From: Malacoraja senta
Lineage: Eukaryota
Assembly (NCBI GenBank): GCA_038087875.1
Contig: CM075998.1
Coordinates: forward strand, 6,884,001-6,948,000
Direction: 5' to 3'
DNA: 64,000 nucleotides
Shown: piece after piece, positions 1 through 60,769 of the stretch
Layout: every line of letters begins with the position of its first letter
Position numbering within the stretch: position 1 is the first letter of the stretch
Translations under genes and position numbers: made by a program
Notes under the pieces: generated by a model
Databases searched by the model: none
Told to the model about the DNA's origin: nothing
What the model saw: the letters and a program-made list of their open reading frames with translations, nothing else

Positions 1-324
1 ACATAGCATCACGTTGTCATTTTTTTCTCATGTTATCATTCACCAGTGACATAATATAGAGCTGGCTAATGAAACCAGTCCACATTGTATAGTTCTTAAG
101 ATAAACCACGGGATGTTTTAAACATTTTCAGGAGTTTTGGTAGAAAAGAGGTGACGCAGGTAGTCAGGGTGGTGAAGGTGTTTGGTACACTTGCCTTCAT
201 CGTCAAGATATTGAATACAGGAGTTGGGATGTTATGTTACAACCATACAAATGGTTGGAGAGGCAACACTTGGAGTACTGTGTGTAGTTCTGGTTGCCCA
301 GCTATAGGAAAGAACTTATGAAGC

Positions 325-1450
325 TTTAGTTTAATTTGGTTTAGTTTATTATTGTCACCTGTACCGACGTACAGTGAAAAGCTTTTTGTTATATGCTATC
401 CAGTCAAAGAAAAGACTATGCATGATTATAATCAAGCCGTCCACAGTACACAGATAAAGGGTACAACATTTAGTGTAAGATAAAGTCTGATTACAGTTAT
501 TTCAAAGGTCTCCAACGAGGTAGATGGGAGGTCAGGATCGCACCCTAGCTGGTGAGACGATGGTTCAGTTGCCTGCTAACAGCTGGGAAGAAACTGTCCC
601 TGAATCTGGAGGTGTGTTTTTCCAGAGTTCTGTCCTCTTGCTTGATGGGTGATGGGAGGAGAGGGAGTGACCGGGGCGAGACTAGTCCTTGATTATGCTG
701 GTGGCCTTGCCAAACCATGCTGTAATGCATCCCGATAAAATGCTTTCTATGGCGCATCTGTGGAAGTTGGTGAATGTTGTTGTGGACATGTCGAACTTCC
801 TAAGCCTTCTAAGGAAGTAGAGAAGTTGGTATGCTTTCTTGGCCATTGCTTCAATGTGGCTGGTCCAGGACAAATTGCTGGTGATATTTATGACTGATAA
901 CTTGAAGCTTTCGGCAATCTCGACTTCAGCTCCATCAGGGTGTGTGTACCGCTTCCTTTCCTGAAGTCAGTCAACAGCTCCTTTCTCTTGCTGATGTTGA
1001 GGGAGAGGTTGGACTGTTATTTGGCTGCACAGTCACGAGTGTATAGGGAGTATAGTAGGGGGCTGAGAATGCATCCTTGTGGATGATCAGTGTTGAGGAT
1101 TATTGTAGAGGATGGTTTGTCACCTATCCTCACTGATTGTGGTCTCTTGGCCACAAGGTTGAGGATCCCGTTTGTAGAAGTGAGTGCTGACTCCAAGTTC
1201 CACAAGTTTGGAGATGTGCTTGGATGGGGTAATGGTATTGAATGCAGAGAATGCAGAACCAGGTGTTCCAGGGATGAGTGTAGGACCAGGGAGATGGCAT
1301 CAGCCTTGGGCCTGTTACATAGAAAATAGGTGCAGGAGGAGGCCATTCGACCCTTTGAGCCAGCACCGCCATTCATTGTGATCATGGTGTGGTAGGCAAC
1401 CTTTTGAAGCACTTCATGGTGGTGGATGTCAAGGCCACTGGATGGTCGTC
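325..1450 (-). mobile_element. Degraded Rex1/Babar-like LINE 3' portion, with a short CR1 tail inserted at ~1317-1390
   Basis: ORF remnants PQGCILSPLLYSLYT, KKAYQLLYFLRRLRKF, SRFRDSFFPAV. Confidence 0.8.
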
Positions 1451-2085
1451 ATTAGGGATGAGATCTTGCTTTTCTTTGGCACTGCAATGATGGAAAAAGA
1501 ACAAAGGGTTCATGAGGATGTTACAGGGGCTGGTGGCCTTGAGTTTTAACAAGATGCTGTATAGGCTGGTACTGTTTTCACTGGAGTATTGGAGGTTGAG
1601 AGGTGACCTTAAATAAAGTGGTGTGGATAAAGTGGATGGTCACAGTCTTTTACCCAGAGTAGGGGAGTTTAAAACTAGGTGTAGGTTTGAAATAAGATGG
1701 GAAAGATTTTAAAGAGGTAATGATGGGCAATTTTTTCACACAATGAATGGTGGATATATAGAAACAGGGAAAGCTGCACAGGGCAGTACAATGGCTACAT
1801 GTGAAAGACACAACTGGAAAGGAACCTCTGAGAGAGTGATCATAATATGATGGAAATCAACCTGCAGTTTGTCATGTCAGCGCTGCTAATGTATTCACAG
1901 CATCCATTCTCAGGCACGCTGTTTCCAGGTAGTATTGGCAGCAAGCAACAACTATTTGTTTGCACTCATGATGCTCATTAGACAATCATACAGAAATAAC
2001 AAACAAGGTGACTAGGGGACACAATTAGAGTTTTAACATTTAGTGAAAATCATATTTCATGCTCCTAGCCTGTTAGTCGCTCATT

Positions 2086-2470
2086 GGCCCATTCTTTGGA
2101 AAGTGAACCAAAATGTCACACACGTGACATACATTGAAAAATTATTGTAAGAGATTAATCTTATTCCTTGCTATTTTCCTACCTACAGAACTATAATGCA
2201 TCTGCTAAAGATATGAACATTCTAGCTTTTTTAAATTCAGTTTGTAAAAAGCTCCCGTGTGATGTCACACACGTGACCTGCCATTTGACCTCTGACACTA
2301 AACAAACATTGTCAGCATAACATATAACAATTTCTCACTTGATAAACCGAAAAAAATATGAATCATATCTGCAGTACAAAACAATGTACCTTTTAATGCT
2401 TTCAGATTTAGAAGATATGTATTCCACAATTTTTCATCTGTTTGGTCACACACGTGACTAAGAATGGGCC
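2086..2470. mobile_element. Non-autonomous DNA transposon (PIF/Harbinger-like MITE)
   Basis: TIR GGCCCATTCT...AGAATGGGCC, 3-bp TSD ATT, three internal GTCACACACGTGAC motifs. Confidence 0.75.
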
Positions 2471-4194
2471 ATTACAGCTGATGACGCAATATGTTGACGG
2501 CAAACAATACAATCCCTTTATAAGTGGGACGGGAGATCAACATACATTTTTTGCCAAAGGCTTGGAATACTTTGAAGACGGCAGTAAATTATGTAATGCC
2601 TTGCAATCTAAACTGATGTGCGCAAAACAGACAAGGTGGGCGGGTGTACCAATCACAGCCAGTCGCTAAAGCAAACCGCTAGCTCAGCTTTTCGAAGTTG
2701 GTCATCAAAGCAGGTCGCATGGTGCAGCAGCAACCGACAGTTCAAGTCTTGAACTCCGGCGCAATGATTGACCTTTCAGCTTTTCCCTTTGTAGAATGGG
2801 TGATTTCATTTCAGGAGCACATCCATGAGATTGCACATGGTAAAACAGTCAGCCTATTTGCATGATTTTAATATCAATAATGTTTCTGCCAAGATTGAAA
2901 ATTCTTGAGAAACTATTGCAGGAGACAATAGGGTTCAACTCAAATATTATGTCGGTCCAAAAATTGAATTCCTGCATATGCTGAAGCCCAAAATATTTTG
3001 TTTCTTTTTAACGTTGAAAGTATTTTTATTCACATGTTGTGAACCTGAGCACTTTGTCAGCTATCAGCAGATTTGTTTCAAATTTAGCAGAAGACTTTCT
3101 TCTCTTGTGTGTCTGCTCCTCTCTCATACTCTCTTCCCAGGCACATTGTTTCCTTTCTTGCTTTCTCAGTTCCCCCTCCTCTCACTCCATCTCATTCTCT
3201 TTGTTTTACTTTCTCCCTTTCTCTCCCCCTTCCTCTCTTGTGTTCTGACTTTCTCTCATTAAAACAATTCAACTACAGAAAATGTCTTGGTGGCAAAGGC
3301 AGGCCACTACAGTTGATCACATAAAGGGTTGAAAATAAATGATTTTTGAGGAATCGCAAAGTCACATTTAATAGAAAAGCAACAAAAGCTCTCTTTATCC
3401 ATAATATCAAGTGGGTCATCATAGAATATTAAGGAATATAACATTTGAGATGATTTAGGTTTTCTTTTCTGAGTTTATATTCGTATTTGAAACTGAAAAG
3501 CGTTGCCAAAAAGTATTGCTTTATCCTTGCTGCAAACCCAAATAATAGTTCAGGTCTTGGTGCATTCATGTTATTGTTTTTCCATTATTTATTTTGGATG
3601 CGCATAAATAGAAAAAAAATACTACTGTATCTGCTTTTACTATTTCTAATGCATGGCAAAATACCTAAGCACTAGGCAGTGGAAACATATCAATGCTACA
3701 CTTGCATAGAACCCAATAATCTTTGGGAGGGAAGGCACGCTGAGGGGGGAAATGCAAATGCAGGAAAATTCCAATACTTAAGCTTTGGGTTTTTGAAAGA
3801 GATGGGTCTATGGCGACAAAACTTTTGAACAGATTGAATTAGGAGGTTGTGGGCAACATTCTGGGTAAGTTGAAAATTATTTTTGTGTTTGTGATACTTC
3901 AGATCTTTGGGTTACCAGGAAGCAAGATGGTGACCAAACATAATATGCCAAGGCTCCATTTGCACTGGTGTTGCTAGTTCCATTTGTGGTAGTAGGTTCT
4001 TGTATGTTATTTGTGTCTCTGCTTACCACCTAGTCTTTCATAGGAATTATGTACAAATGTTGCTGCCATTTAATCTATTTTTAAGAATGAATATTTAAAT
4101 TAATTAGATGCTCATTTGAAATATACATATGTGCGATGCTTTCAATTTATAAGGATGCACCCCAGAGTTATACAGTTAGATTCCAAGAGTAATC

Positions 4195-4690
4195 TTTTTG
4201 CCCTGGGCTTCCTCCATTACCAGAGTGAGGCCACATGCTAACTGGAGGAATCGCACCTCGTATTCTGCTGGATAGCTTACAAACCAATGATATGAATGGT
4301 GAATTCTCAAATTTTAGATAATCTCGCAATTTCCACCCCCTCTCCCCTTTGCCTCACCTGGACATGCAGCTATTTTTCCACCTTCCCCTCCTCCTAGATT
4401 CTTTCTTCTGCCTTCACAATTCGCAACTCTTCAACTAGTCTGTCTCACACCTTCTGCTTCAATCTATGTCCTTTGTTTCAACCATCTGCCCATCGAAATC
4501 CCCCCTCGCCTGTGTCTACCTGCCACACTTTGTCCTGCCTCTCCACCCTCTGAGCTTTCTCTCTCCTCCCCACCCCCCCATCACCGTAAATCAGTCTGAA
4601 GAAGGGTCCCGACCAGAAATGTCACCTACCCATGTTCTCTACAGATGCTGCTTGACCCGCTAAGTTACTCCAGTATTTTGTGCCGCCTTC
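4195..4690 (+). mobile_element. Old Penelope-like 3' fragment with pLTR
   Basis: Similar to the 3' ends at 8045-8295 and 51930-52274; degenerate ctgaagaaggg...gaaatgtc motif. Confidence 0.8.
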
Positions 4691-7283
4691 TGCCCATGTT
4701 GTGCAGAAGAACTCGTACGTTATTGCACGGCTCAACTAACTGTTTATAGTTTACACCAATTACAACCTCAAGTCCTCAGCCACTTTAATCCCAAATGTAA
4801 TCAGGTTACTTCCACCACCATTTAGACAGAGTTCCAGATCCCCACTACTCATTGGATAAATATCTATTTCCATAACTCCCCTCTAATCCTTTGACCAAGT
4901 GCAAATCTATATCCGCTGTTCTTAACCTTACCGCAAAGGGAATTGTCCTTTCCGTCCACCCTTTATAAATCTCTTGTAATTTTATATAGCTCAAGTAAAT
5001 CTCTATCATAAACCACACCAACTTCACCAACCTCTCCTCATATCCTGGCTACATTCATGTAAATCTCCTCTGTGGCCTCCGTCGCTATTACGTCCTACCT
5101 GTAATATGGTGGACAGAATTGAACACAACACTAAAGCTATGGCTTAACTTGTGTTCTTTAAGATCCTTCATGATCTATCTATTCTTGTAATCTGTACATC
5201 GGGCAATAAAGGCAAGTATCTAGTGTGCCTTCTTAGGCATCTTATTTACAGTTTAATAGCGCAAATCTATGGAAAACCATTCTGAGATTCTTCCATGGGA
5301 TTCTTCCAAAGCGTTTTTCCATGGGAAGGAGTCCTCGCCCCCCCCAGTGATGACCCCTTCTCTCGTCTCCAATGGACCCCCTCCTCTTGGACTCCCCCTC
5401 ATGGCCATCTACCGGCTTTAGACCTTTTTATTTTAAACTGCCGGCGGAACATCAACTGCCTTAACTTCTCCACTCCCTTGTCTCACTCTAACCTCCCCCC
5501 CCCCGAACGTACAGCCCTCCACTCACTCTGCAACAACCCAGACTGGGTGATCAAACCTGCCGACAAGGGAGGTGCCGTGGTAGTCTGGTGTGCTGATCTC
5601 TACAAAGCTGAGGCCAGGCGCCAACTCTCAGACACCTCCTCCTACTTACCCTTGGACCATGACCCCACAGACGAGCACCAGGCCACTATCTCCAGCACTA
5701 TCACTGACTTCATCACGTCCGGCTCCCTGCCCTCCAACCTCATCGTTCCCCAGCCCCGCACGGCCCGATTCTACCTTCTCCCCAAAATCCACAAACCTGA
5801 CTGTCCTGGCAGAACCATTGTTTCTGCCTGTTCGTGTCCCATCGAACTTATTTCCACATACCTCGACTCCATCCTATCCCTCCTGGTTAAATCCCAACCT
5901 ACCTATGTTCAAGACACCTCACACGCTCTTTGTCTCCTTCATGACTTCCGTTTTCCAGGCCCCCATCCCCTCATCTTCACCATGGATGTCCAGTCACTCT
6001 ACACCTCCATCCCCCACCAGGAGGGTCTCAAAGCCCTCCGTTCCTTCCTCAACCGCAAAACCAAACAATCCCCGTCTATTGATACTCTCCTCCGCCTAGC
6101 GGAGCTGGTCCTTACCCTTAATAACTTTTCGTTTGACTCCTCCCATTTCCTCCAAATACAAGGCGTAGCTATGGGCATGCGCATGGGCCCAACCTATGCC
6201 TGCCTCTTAGTAGGGTACGTCGAACAATCTTTGTTCGAGGCGTATCAGGGCCCTATCCCCAAATCTACCTCCGCTACATCGACGACTGCATTGGTGCTAC
6301 CTCCTGCACCCACACACAACTCACTGACTTCATCCATTTCACCACTAACTTCCATCCAGCACTCAAATACACCTGGACCATTTCCGACATTTCCCTGCCA
6401 TTTCTAGACCTCACTATCTCCATCGCAGGTGATAGACTACTGACCGACATCCACTATAAACCCACCGACTCCCATGGCTATCTGGACTACACATCTTCCC
6501 ACCCTGCTTCCTGTAAGGACTCCAGCCCCTACTCCCAATTCCTATGTCTACGCCGCATCTGCAACAAGGATGAGGTGTTCCAAGCCAGGGCATCGGAGAT
6601 GTCCTCATTCTTCAGGGAACGGGGGTTCCCCTCTTCTACTATAGATGAGGCTCTCACCAGGGTCTCTTCTATACCCCGTAACTCTTCTCTCAGTCCCCAT
6701 CCCCCCCACTCGTAACAAGGGCAGAGTCCCCCTTGTCCTCACCTTCCACCCTACCAGCCGTCACATACAACAAATAATCCTCCGACATTTTTGCCACCTC
6801 CAACGGGATCCCACCACTGACAACATCTTCCCAACTCCTCCCCTGTCTGCTATCCGCAGAGACCGCTCTCTCCGTAACTCCCTGGTCAATTCGTCCCTTC
6901 CCATCCAAACCACCCCTTCTCCTGGCACTTTCCCTTGCAACCGCAGGAAATGCTACACTTGTCGCTTTACCTCCCCCCTTGACTCCATTCAAGGACCTAA
7001 GCAGTCTTTCCAGGTGCGGCAGAGGTTCACCTGCACCTCCTTCAACCTCATCTATTACATCCGCTGCTCTAGGTGTCAGCTGCTCTACATCGGTGAGACC
7101 AAGCGTAGGCTTGGCAATCGCTTCGCCGAACACCTCCGCTCAGTTCGCAATAACCAACCTGATCTCCTGGTGGCTCAGCACTTCAACTCCCCCTCCCATT
7201 CCAAATCCGACCTTTCTGTCCTGGGCCTCCACCATGGCCAGAGTGAGGCTCACCGTAAATTGGAGGAGCAGCACCTCATATTT

Positions 7284-8040
7284 CAATAGACAATAGATGC
7301 AGGAGTAGGCCATTTGGCCCTTCGAGCCAGCACCGCCATTCAATGTGATCATGGCTGATCATCCCCAATCAGTACCCCGTTCCTGCCTTCTCCCCATATC
7401 CCCTGACTCCGCTATTTTTAAGAGCTCTATCTATCTCTCTCTTGAAAGCATCCAGAGAACCTGCCTCCACCGCCCTCTGAGGCAGAGAATTCCACAGACT
7501 CCCCACTCTCTGTGAAAAAAAGTGTTTCCTCGTCTCCGTTCTAAATGGCTTACGCCTTATTCTTAAACTGTGACCCCTGGTTCTGGACTCACCCAACATC
7601 GGGAACATGTTTCCTGCCTCTAGCGTGTCCAAGCCCTTAACAATCTTATATGTTTCAATGAGATAGCCTCTCATCCTTCTAAACTCCAGAGTGTACAAGC
7701 CCAGCTGCTCCATTCTCTCAGCATATGACAGTCCCGCCATCCCGGGAATTAACCTTGTAAACCTACGCTGCACTCCCTCAATAGCAAGAATGTCCTTGCT
7801 CAAATTAGGTGACCAAAACTGCACACAATACTCCAGGTGTGGTCTCACTAGGGCCCTGTACAACTGCAGAAGGACCTCTTTGCTCCTATATTCGACTCCT
7901 CATGTTATGAAGGCCAACATGCCATTCGCTTTCTTCACTGCCTGCTGTACCTGCATGCTTACTTTCATAGACTGATGAACAAGGACCCCCAGATCCTGTT
8001 GTACTTCCCCTTTTCCCAACTTAACGCCATTTAGATAGTA
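7284..8040 (-). mobile_element. CR1 (HER1-type) LINE, 5'-truncated, nested in the Penelope element
   Basis: [21 protein letters not shown]...GEKAGTGY; (CTATTGT)n tail. Confidence 0.93.
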
Positions 8041-8195
8041 GATTTTGCTTGGGCAGTTTACACCCCAGCTGTATGAACATTGACTTCTCTAATTTCAGCT
8101 AGTCCCTGCTTTCCCCTCCCCTTCTCGGCTCTCCCTCAGCCCACTGTCTCCACCTCTTCCTTTCTTCTTCCCGCCCCGCCCACCCTCACATCAGT

Positions 8196-8223
8196 CTGAA
8201 GAAGGGTCTCAACCCGAAACGTC
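8196..8223 (+). ncRNA. Penelope-associated minimal hammerhead ribozyme-like core
   Basis: CUGAAGA-A-GGGU(CUCA)ACCC-GAAA-CGUC. Confidence 0.6.
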
Positions 8224-8481
8224 GCCTATTTCCTTCGCTCCATAGATGCTGCCTCACCGGCTGAGTTTCTCCAGCATTTTGTCTACCTTTGATTCTTCTG
8301 TTCCTTTATACATCTTTGTACCCTGTCATTTATTTTGTATTTATTTCACACTTCCATGATGGTCCTTTTGTTTTTTTCTCTAACCCAAGACCTTTCTCCC
8401 CTCTTCTTAATTAATCTGCCACTGTTGGTATCCTTTGCATTCTCTTTAATCCTGACCCCCTAGGTTTGCATCCAAATCATT

Positions 8482-10010
8482 GGTAAAGAGTACAGAAAAC
8501 AAGGTACCAAGCACTGAGTCTTGCGGAATTGAACTACACACGGCATTCCAGTCATTTGTTAGCGTGAAGGGCAAGGCAGGCAAACGTAAAGAAGCTTGGC
8601 TGATGAGGGAAATTGAGGCATTGGTCAAGAATAAAAAGGATGCATGGGATAGGTATTGGCAGCTGGGATCGTGCATCCTTGGAGGAGTTTTGGGAACTAA
8701 GGAGCAAACCAGGAAAAAGGAAATCAGAAGGGCACAAAGGGGTCAGGAGATAGCTCTGACAGATCGCATTAAGGACAATCCCAAGAAATTTAATAAAAGG
8801 GGGAAAAGGGTAACTAGATAAAGAGTGGGCCCCTCAGGAATCAAAGTGGTCAGCTCTGTGTGATACCACAGGAGATGGGCAAGGTCCTCAATGAGTATTT
8901 CTCCTCTGTATTTACCAAGGAGAGAGACAGGAGGGCGGAAAAACTTGGGGCAGTTTATATATTATATTCTGTTGTGCTGCAGCAAGCAAGAATTTCATTG
9001 TCCTATCTGGGACACATGACAATAAACTCACTTGACTTGACTTGACTTGGAAGTGTCTTGAGAGCAGTCAGTGTTATGGTTGAAGAGGTGCTGAAGATAC
9101 TATCGTGTATGAAAGTGGACAAATCTCCAGGGCCTGATCAGATTTGGGGCAGTCACGGTGGCGCAGCAGTAGAGTTGCAGCCTTACAGCGAATGCAGCGC
9201 CGGAGACCCGGGTTCGATCCCGACCACAGGTGCTGTCTGTACGGAGTTTGTACGTTCTCTCCATGACCTGCGTGGGTTTTCTCCGAGATCTTCAGTTTCC
9301 TCCCACACTCCATAGACGTACAGGTTTGTAGGTTAATTGGCTTGGTAAATGTAAATTGTCCCTAGTGGAGGTCATTTTAATGTGCGGGGATTGCTGGTCG
9401 GCGCGGACCCGGTGGGCTGAAGGGCCTGTTTACGCGCTGTATCTCTTTAAAAAAAAACGATATAGCCAACGACATTGTGGGAAATTAGAGAGGCATTGCA
9501 GGAGCTCTGATTGGAAATTTATGAGTCGTCTATAAATACAGGAGAAGTGCCGGAAGACTGGAGGGTGGCAAATGTTGTGTCTCTATTCAAGAAGGGTGCA
9601 GGGATAATGCTGGGAACTATAGGCCAGTGAGCTTAACATTTGTAGTTTAACATTTGTAGTTAGAAAGTGACTAGAGCGTATTCTGAGGGATAGGTTATAC
9701 ATGCATTTAGATGGACAAGGGCTGATTAGGGACAATCAGCATGGTTTTGTACGTCGGAGGTTGTGTCTCACAAATCTGAGTTTTATGAAGACGTGACCAA
9801 AAAGGTTGATGAGGGCAGAGCTGTTGATGTTGTATATATGGACTTCAGCAAAGCATTCAACAGGGTTCCGCATGGTAGGCTGCTCTGGAAGGTTAGATCA
9901 CATGGGAGATATAGCTGAATGCATAGAAAATTGGCTTCATGGAAGGAAGCAGAGGGTGATGGTGGAAGGTTGATTCTCGGACTGAAGGCCTGTGACCAGT
10001 GGTGTGCCTT
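8482..10010 (+). mobile_element. Degraded CR1 ORF2 fragment, interrupted by a LINE tail (~8955-9048) and a SINE (9148-9457)
   Basis: LNEYFSSVFTKE, DKSPGPD, VDVVYMDFSKAF remnants. Confidence 0.85.
9148..9457 (+). mobile_element. tRNA-derived V-SINE (HE1-like)
   Basis: A box ggtggcgcagcagtag, B box gggttcgatccc, V-domain ggagtttgtacgttctc, CR1-type tail agggcctgttt...ctgtatctct. Confidence 0.88.
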
Positions 10011-12960
10011 GGCCTTTGCTTTCAAGTTCAAGTTCAAGAGTTCAAGAGAGTTTATTGTCATATGTCCCAGATAGGACAATGAAATTCTTGCTTTGCTTCA
10101 GCACACCAAACAATTTTGGATCCAACCGGTGATTTTTTTTTTTCCCCCAAAGATCCTGTGGGTTTTTGTTAAAACAGTGTTTTTGACATATTCTGATAAT
10201 AATGTAGGGAAGAAGGCTTATGGAGTGGGTTTGAAGTTGGTTCGAACAAAGGAGAGGGCACTGATTCATGGAGCTTCTTGAAAATGAAGGAAGGTGATGA
10301 ACTAAGCACCCCTTCCGAATCAATACATGTGTGGTCTAAATCCATCCTGTACCATTAATATCACTGTACTCTCAATCCCTCTATACTGTTAACGTATTCT
10401 CAATGAGGTGCTTACCAATTTCTGTTTAGATTGTGTTTAATTTATCCCTTTGGTCGAGTCAATTCCAATCAATATGGAAAATTTATCATTTCCATCCATG
10501 AAATGTTAACATTTTCCTACAACTGTATGGAAGGCGCTTTGCTGAATGCCATTTGAAAATTCAAATTAACTGCAATGGGTAATTGTCCTTATTTACTGTG
10601 CTAATTAACCATTCAGGGCATTGCATTATCTTTCTGTTAAGCACTGTAAACTCATGTTATCCCAGCATCCAATCCACATGCATACTAACTGTTCTTCTGT
10701 TAGATTCATTTTGTAAGAGTTATAATTACAAGAACAGATGGATACAGCTGGTGTCTGGCAAAGTTTGTTTTGTTGTTTTAAAATACATCAATAGAGTCTA
10801 TTATCATTATTTTCCTTCAAATTATTTTAGCTGTCCAATAAACATTGGAAGGTTTTACTGCGCCACCTTTCTCACTTTTGTAGCATGGAAAAGGGACAAT
10901 AAATTGCAACGTTAAATGCAAAAAGTAACTATTCTGCAGTTGCACTTGGTCTCTAAAATACAGTATTTCCCTTAGATCATTAAACCCTTTTTGATTGTGC
11001 AGAAACCTTTGTTAATAATTGTTTTACCATTTAAGTAGATATATTGTGAACTGTCGTTCATTGAATTTGATTTGCTTTTGTTTCTGATGGAATTAGAAAT
11101 TGGTCTTAGCATTTTTCAAATACATATACCAGTTCACCCATATCCTCTATATAAATATATGCTTCAAATACATTTTCTTTCTAATCTATTTCCAAATTTA
11201 GTTAACTAACTAACCCAAAACTCTTTTCAATGTTCCAAAACTCCTGCACCTACGTTATTAGTTTTATTATAAAAACGGAAAATGTTAGATGTTAGCCACC
11301 CAGGACATCAGAACAGTCCTGATGAACGATTGGCCATATTTCCAAAGTAATCCCCATTGGTTACAATCTATGATTGCAATGTCATTCCTTAACCCTTCTG
11401 ATGCTTTCTAATTTCTTTGTTACTACGATATACTCTCTTTTGAACTTATTCTTTAATAAATTCCTTGAACCTCATCTGTAGAACTAAACCTTTGGATGCA
11501 TTTCTTACCCTTTCAGTTCCAACTCTTGAACCTGTCTATCACCATGTTTCTTAGTTGCCAACAATATCACTAGTATTAGCATTTAGGAATCCCTCTAACT
11601 TGCTGCTTCACTTCTGTATAAAAAATTAAACCAGACATTTAAATACATTATGGAGACACAAGAGACTACAGACAAAAAAAATACCGCTGGAGGGGCTCAG
11701 CGGGCCAAGCAGCATCAGTGGAATCAGAAGTATAGTTGACGTTTCCAGTTGAGACCCTGCATCAGCACTTAAATACTTTCTGTATCTTCAGATATATTAT
11801 GTTTTCCTTGCTCTATCTTCTGTTGTTAATTTTACATTCTGTTCAGTCTATTCCCACGTTGCTCTATGTACTCTCTCTGCCAATACATAGGTACCAAGCC
11901 AAATTACTAAACTATATTTTTGTCCCAGAATCATCCCATTGACAGACATATATAACTATCCCTTGTACAACACCAGTAAATGTGAGCTTACCAACCTCAG
12001 GATTATGTGCATTAATCTATTAAACCAAGTCTGAAAAACTATCTTTCTTTACACATTGGGCTGATTTCTGGATGTTTTGTAACCGTTCCTTTGTTGCATA
12101 GGGTTGGGGTTTAATGATTTCTATTTAGCTTGGACAAAAATCCCAATGGACCAAGCCTTGGAACTCTATGCCAAGTTATTGCAGGAAACTAAATGAAGTA
12201 CACCCTGTCTGCAATACCATGCCAACATTTAATTGACACAAGCAGCGCAACTATCCCAGCTCCAACTAAGTTGACTTCAAAAGTCATCTACAACGTGTAT
12301 CATTTGAATTTTGGAGTTGCTTCAACTTACTGAAAATTTGAATATATGGCTAAAGAACACATGCTTGATGAATTTGAAATCTTTGTCATTTCCATGTGTA
12401 TTCATGACAAAAGTAGAATTCTGATATTTAGTTCTTTACGTTTTTAAATTAACCAAGGTTTTGAGGCACTGAGAAGAGTGCAGGGTCCACTGGTGCGGTT
12501 AGTCAATGAGCTCCTCTTGTTCCATCTGCACCTTTTGCTTCTGTAGTCTATATTAACTTAATAATAACCATATTAACTTGCAAAGAACTTGGCATAACTT
12601 CACAACTGCATATCTGTATCCAAATGGCATCACAACAAAGTGACAGATTATTTTGTCTGATCACAAACCTGTCCTCAGATTTGTTTCAGCTGATGTTGTT
12701 CATTGGGTAATACTGCCTTACCTGTTTCCAGCATTTCCTATTGTGATTGGGAACAGAATCATCTGGATCATTACTGCATGAGATTGACTGAACATAAAAT
12801 GCACAAGACTTTGACTCTTGGTATCTGGAGCAATTTTGATATGATTTTCCACATTGCGTAAATGTAGCTAAACAGTGATAGAATGTGACTTCATAAAGAA
12901 AGAGTTAGAATGTTGTACTCTTGAGCGGATGACCGCATTGCACCTTGTTTTAAGACGCAG

Positions 12961-60197
<47,237 letters not shown>

Positions 60198-60261
60198 GTG
60201 AGTTGAGTTCATGTAAGATTGCTAGACTTGGAGTCCACTATCTAATCAAGGTGTGTTTGAT

Positions 60262-60690
60262 GTATAATAATAATAATAATAATAATCATTTTATTTACTG
60301 CCACCTTTCTAAAACCCAAGGACACCTTACAATGCATAGAATCACAAAAAAAATACAAAACACATAATCGGAATAAATTAAATATAAAAACACCACAGTA
60401 CACAAATCAAGGACAGAATTCAATTTCAAGAGCACCAAAAGAAAATAAGAAACACAATTTGAGGAGAGAGCAGCGGCGACCAATTCGCGCCAGCGTCCAC
60501 TCTCCCCTCTGACCGCCATCTTGCACACAGACTAACAGGCACAGCACACAAAATCATCCCCCCACAATGACCACCACTGTGGGGGAAGGCACAATGTCCA
60601 GTCCCCAACCCAGTTCTCCCCAGAGTCAGGCCCATCGAGGCCACCACAGTTGCCTCTACGGAGGCCCGATGTTCCTGGCCGTCGGGAGAG
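60262..60690 (-). mobile_element. Retroposon with L2-like 3' end and (TTA)n tail
   Basis: Reverse complement gtccttgggttttagaaaggtggcagtaaataaaatgattattatt. Confidence 0.55.
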
Positions 60691-60769
60691 TCGGCACAAC
60701 AGGATAGAAATGTGATGCATAGTACAGCTTTTTGTATGCTTCAATTCCACATTTGTGTGTAATTATGAT

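Larger units (their letters stand above)
5295..8300 (+). mobile_element. Penelope-like retroelement (RT plus GIY-YIG endonuclease), 5'-truncated, frameshifted, split by a CR1 at 7284-8040
   Basis: KPADKGGAVV, FYLLPKIHK, MDVQSLYTSIP, QGVAMG; LIYYIRCSRCQLLYIGETKR GIY-YIG motif; pLTR tail. Confidence 0.93.

Noticed and set aside
2978..3324. Hydrophobic ORFs resembling membrane peptides
   Set aside because: Translation of a CT-rich low-complexity tract.
9148..9225. tRNA gene
   Set aside because: The A/B boxes belong to SINE heads followed by a V-domain and LINE tail; no complete cloverleaf.
1..12960. Additional upstream SMARCC2 exon (KRKRSPSPSP...)
   Set aside because: I could not find it by eye; it probably lies upstream of the window, though a short exon could have been missed.
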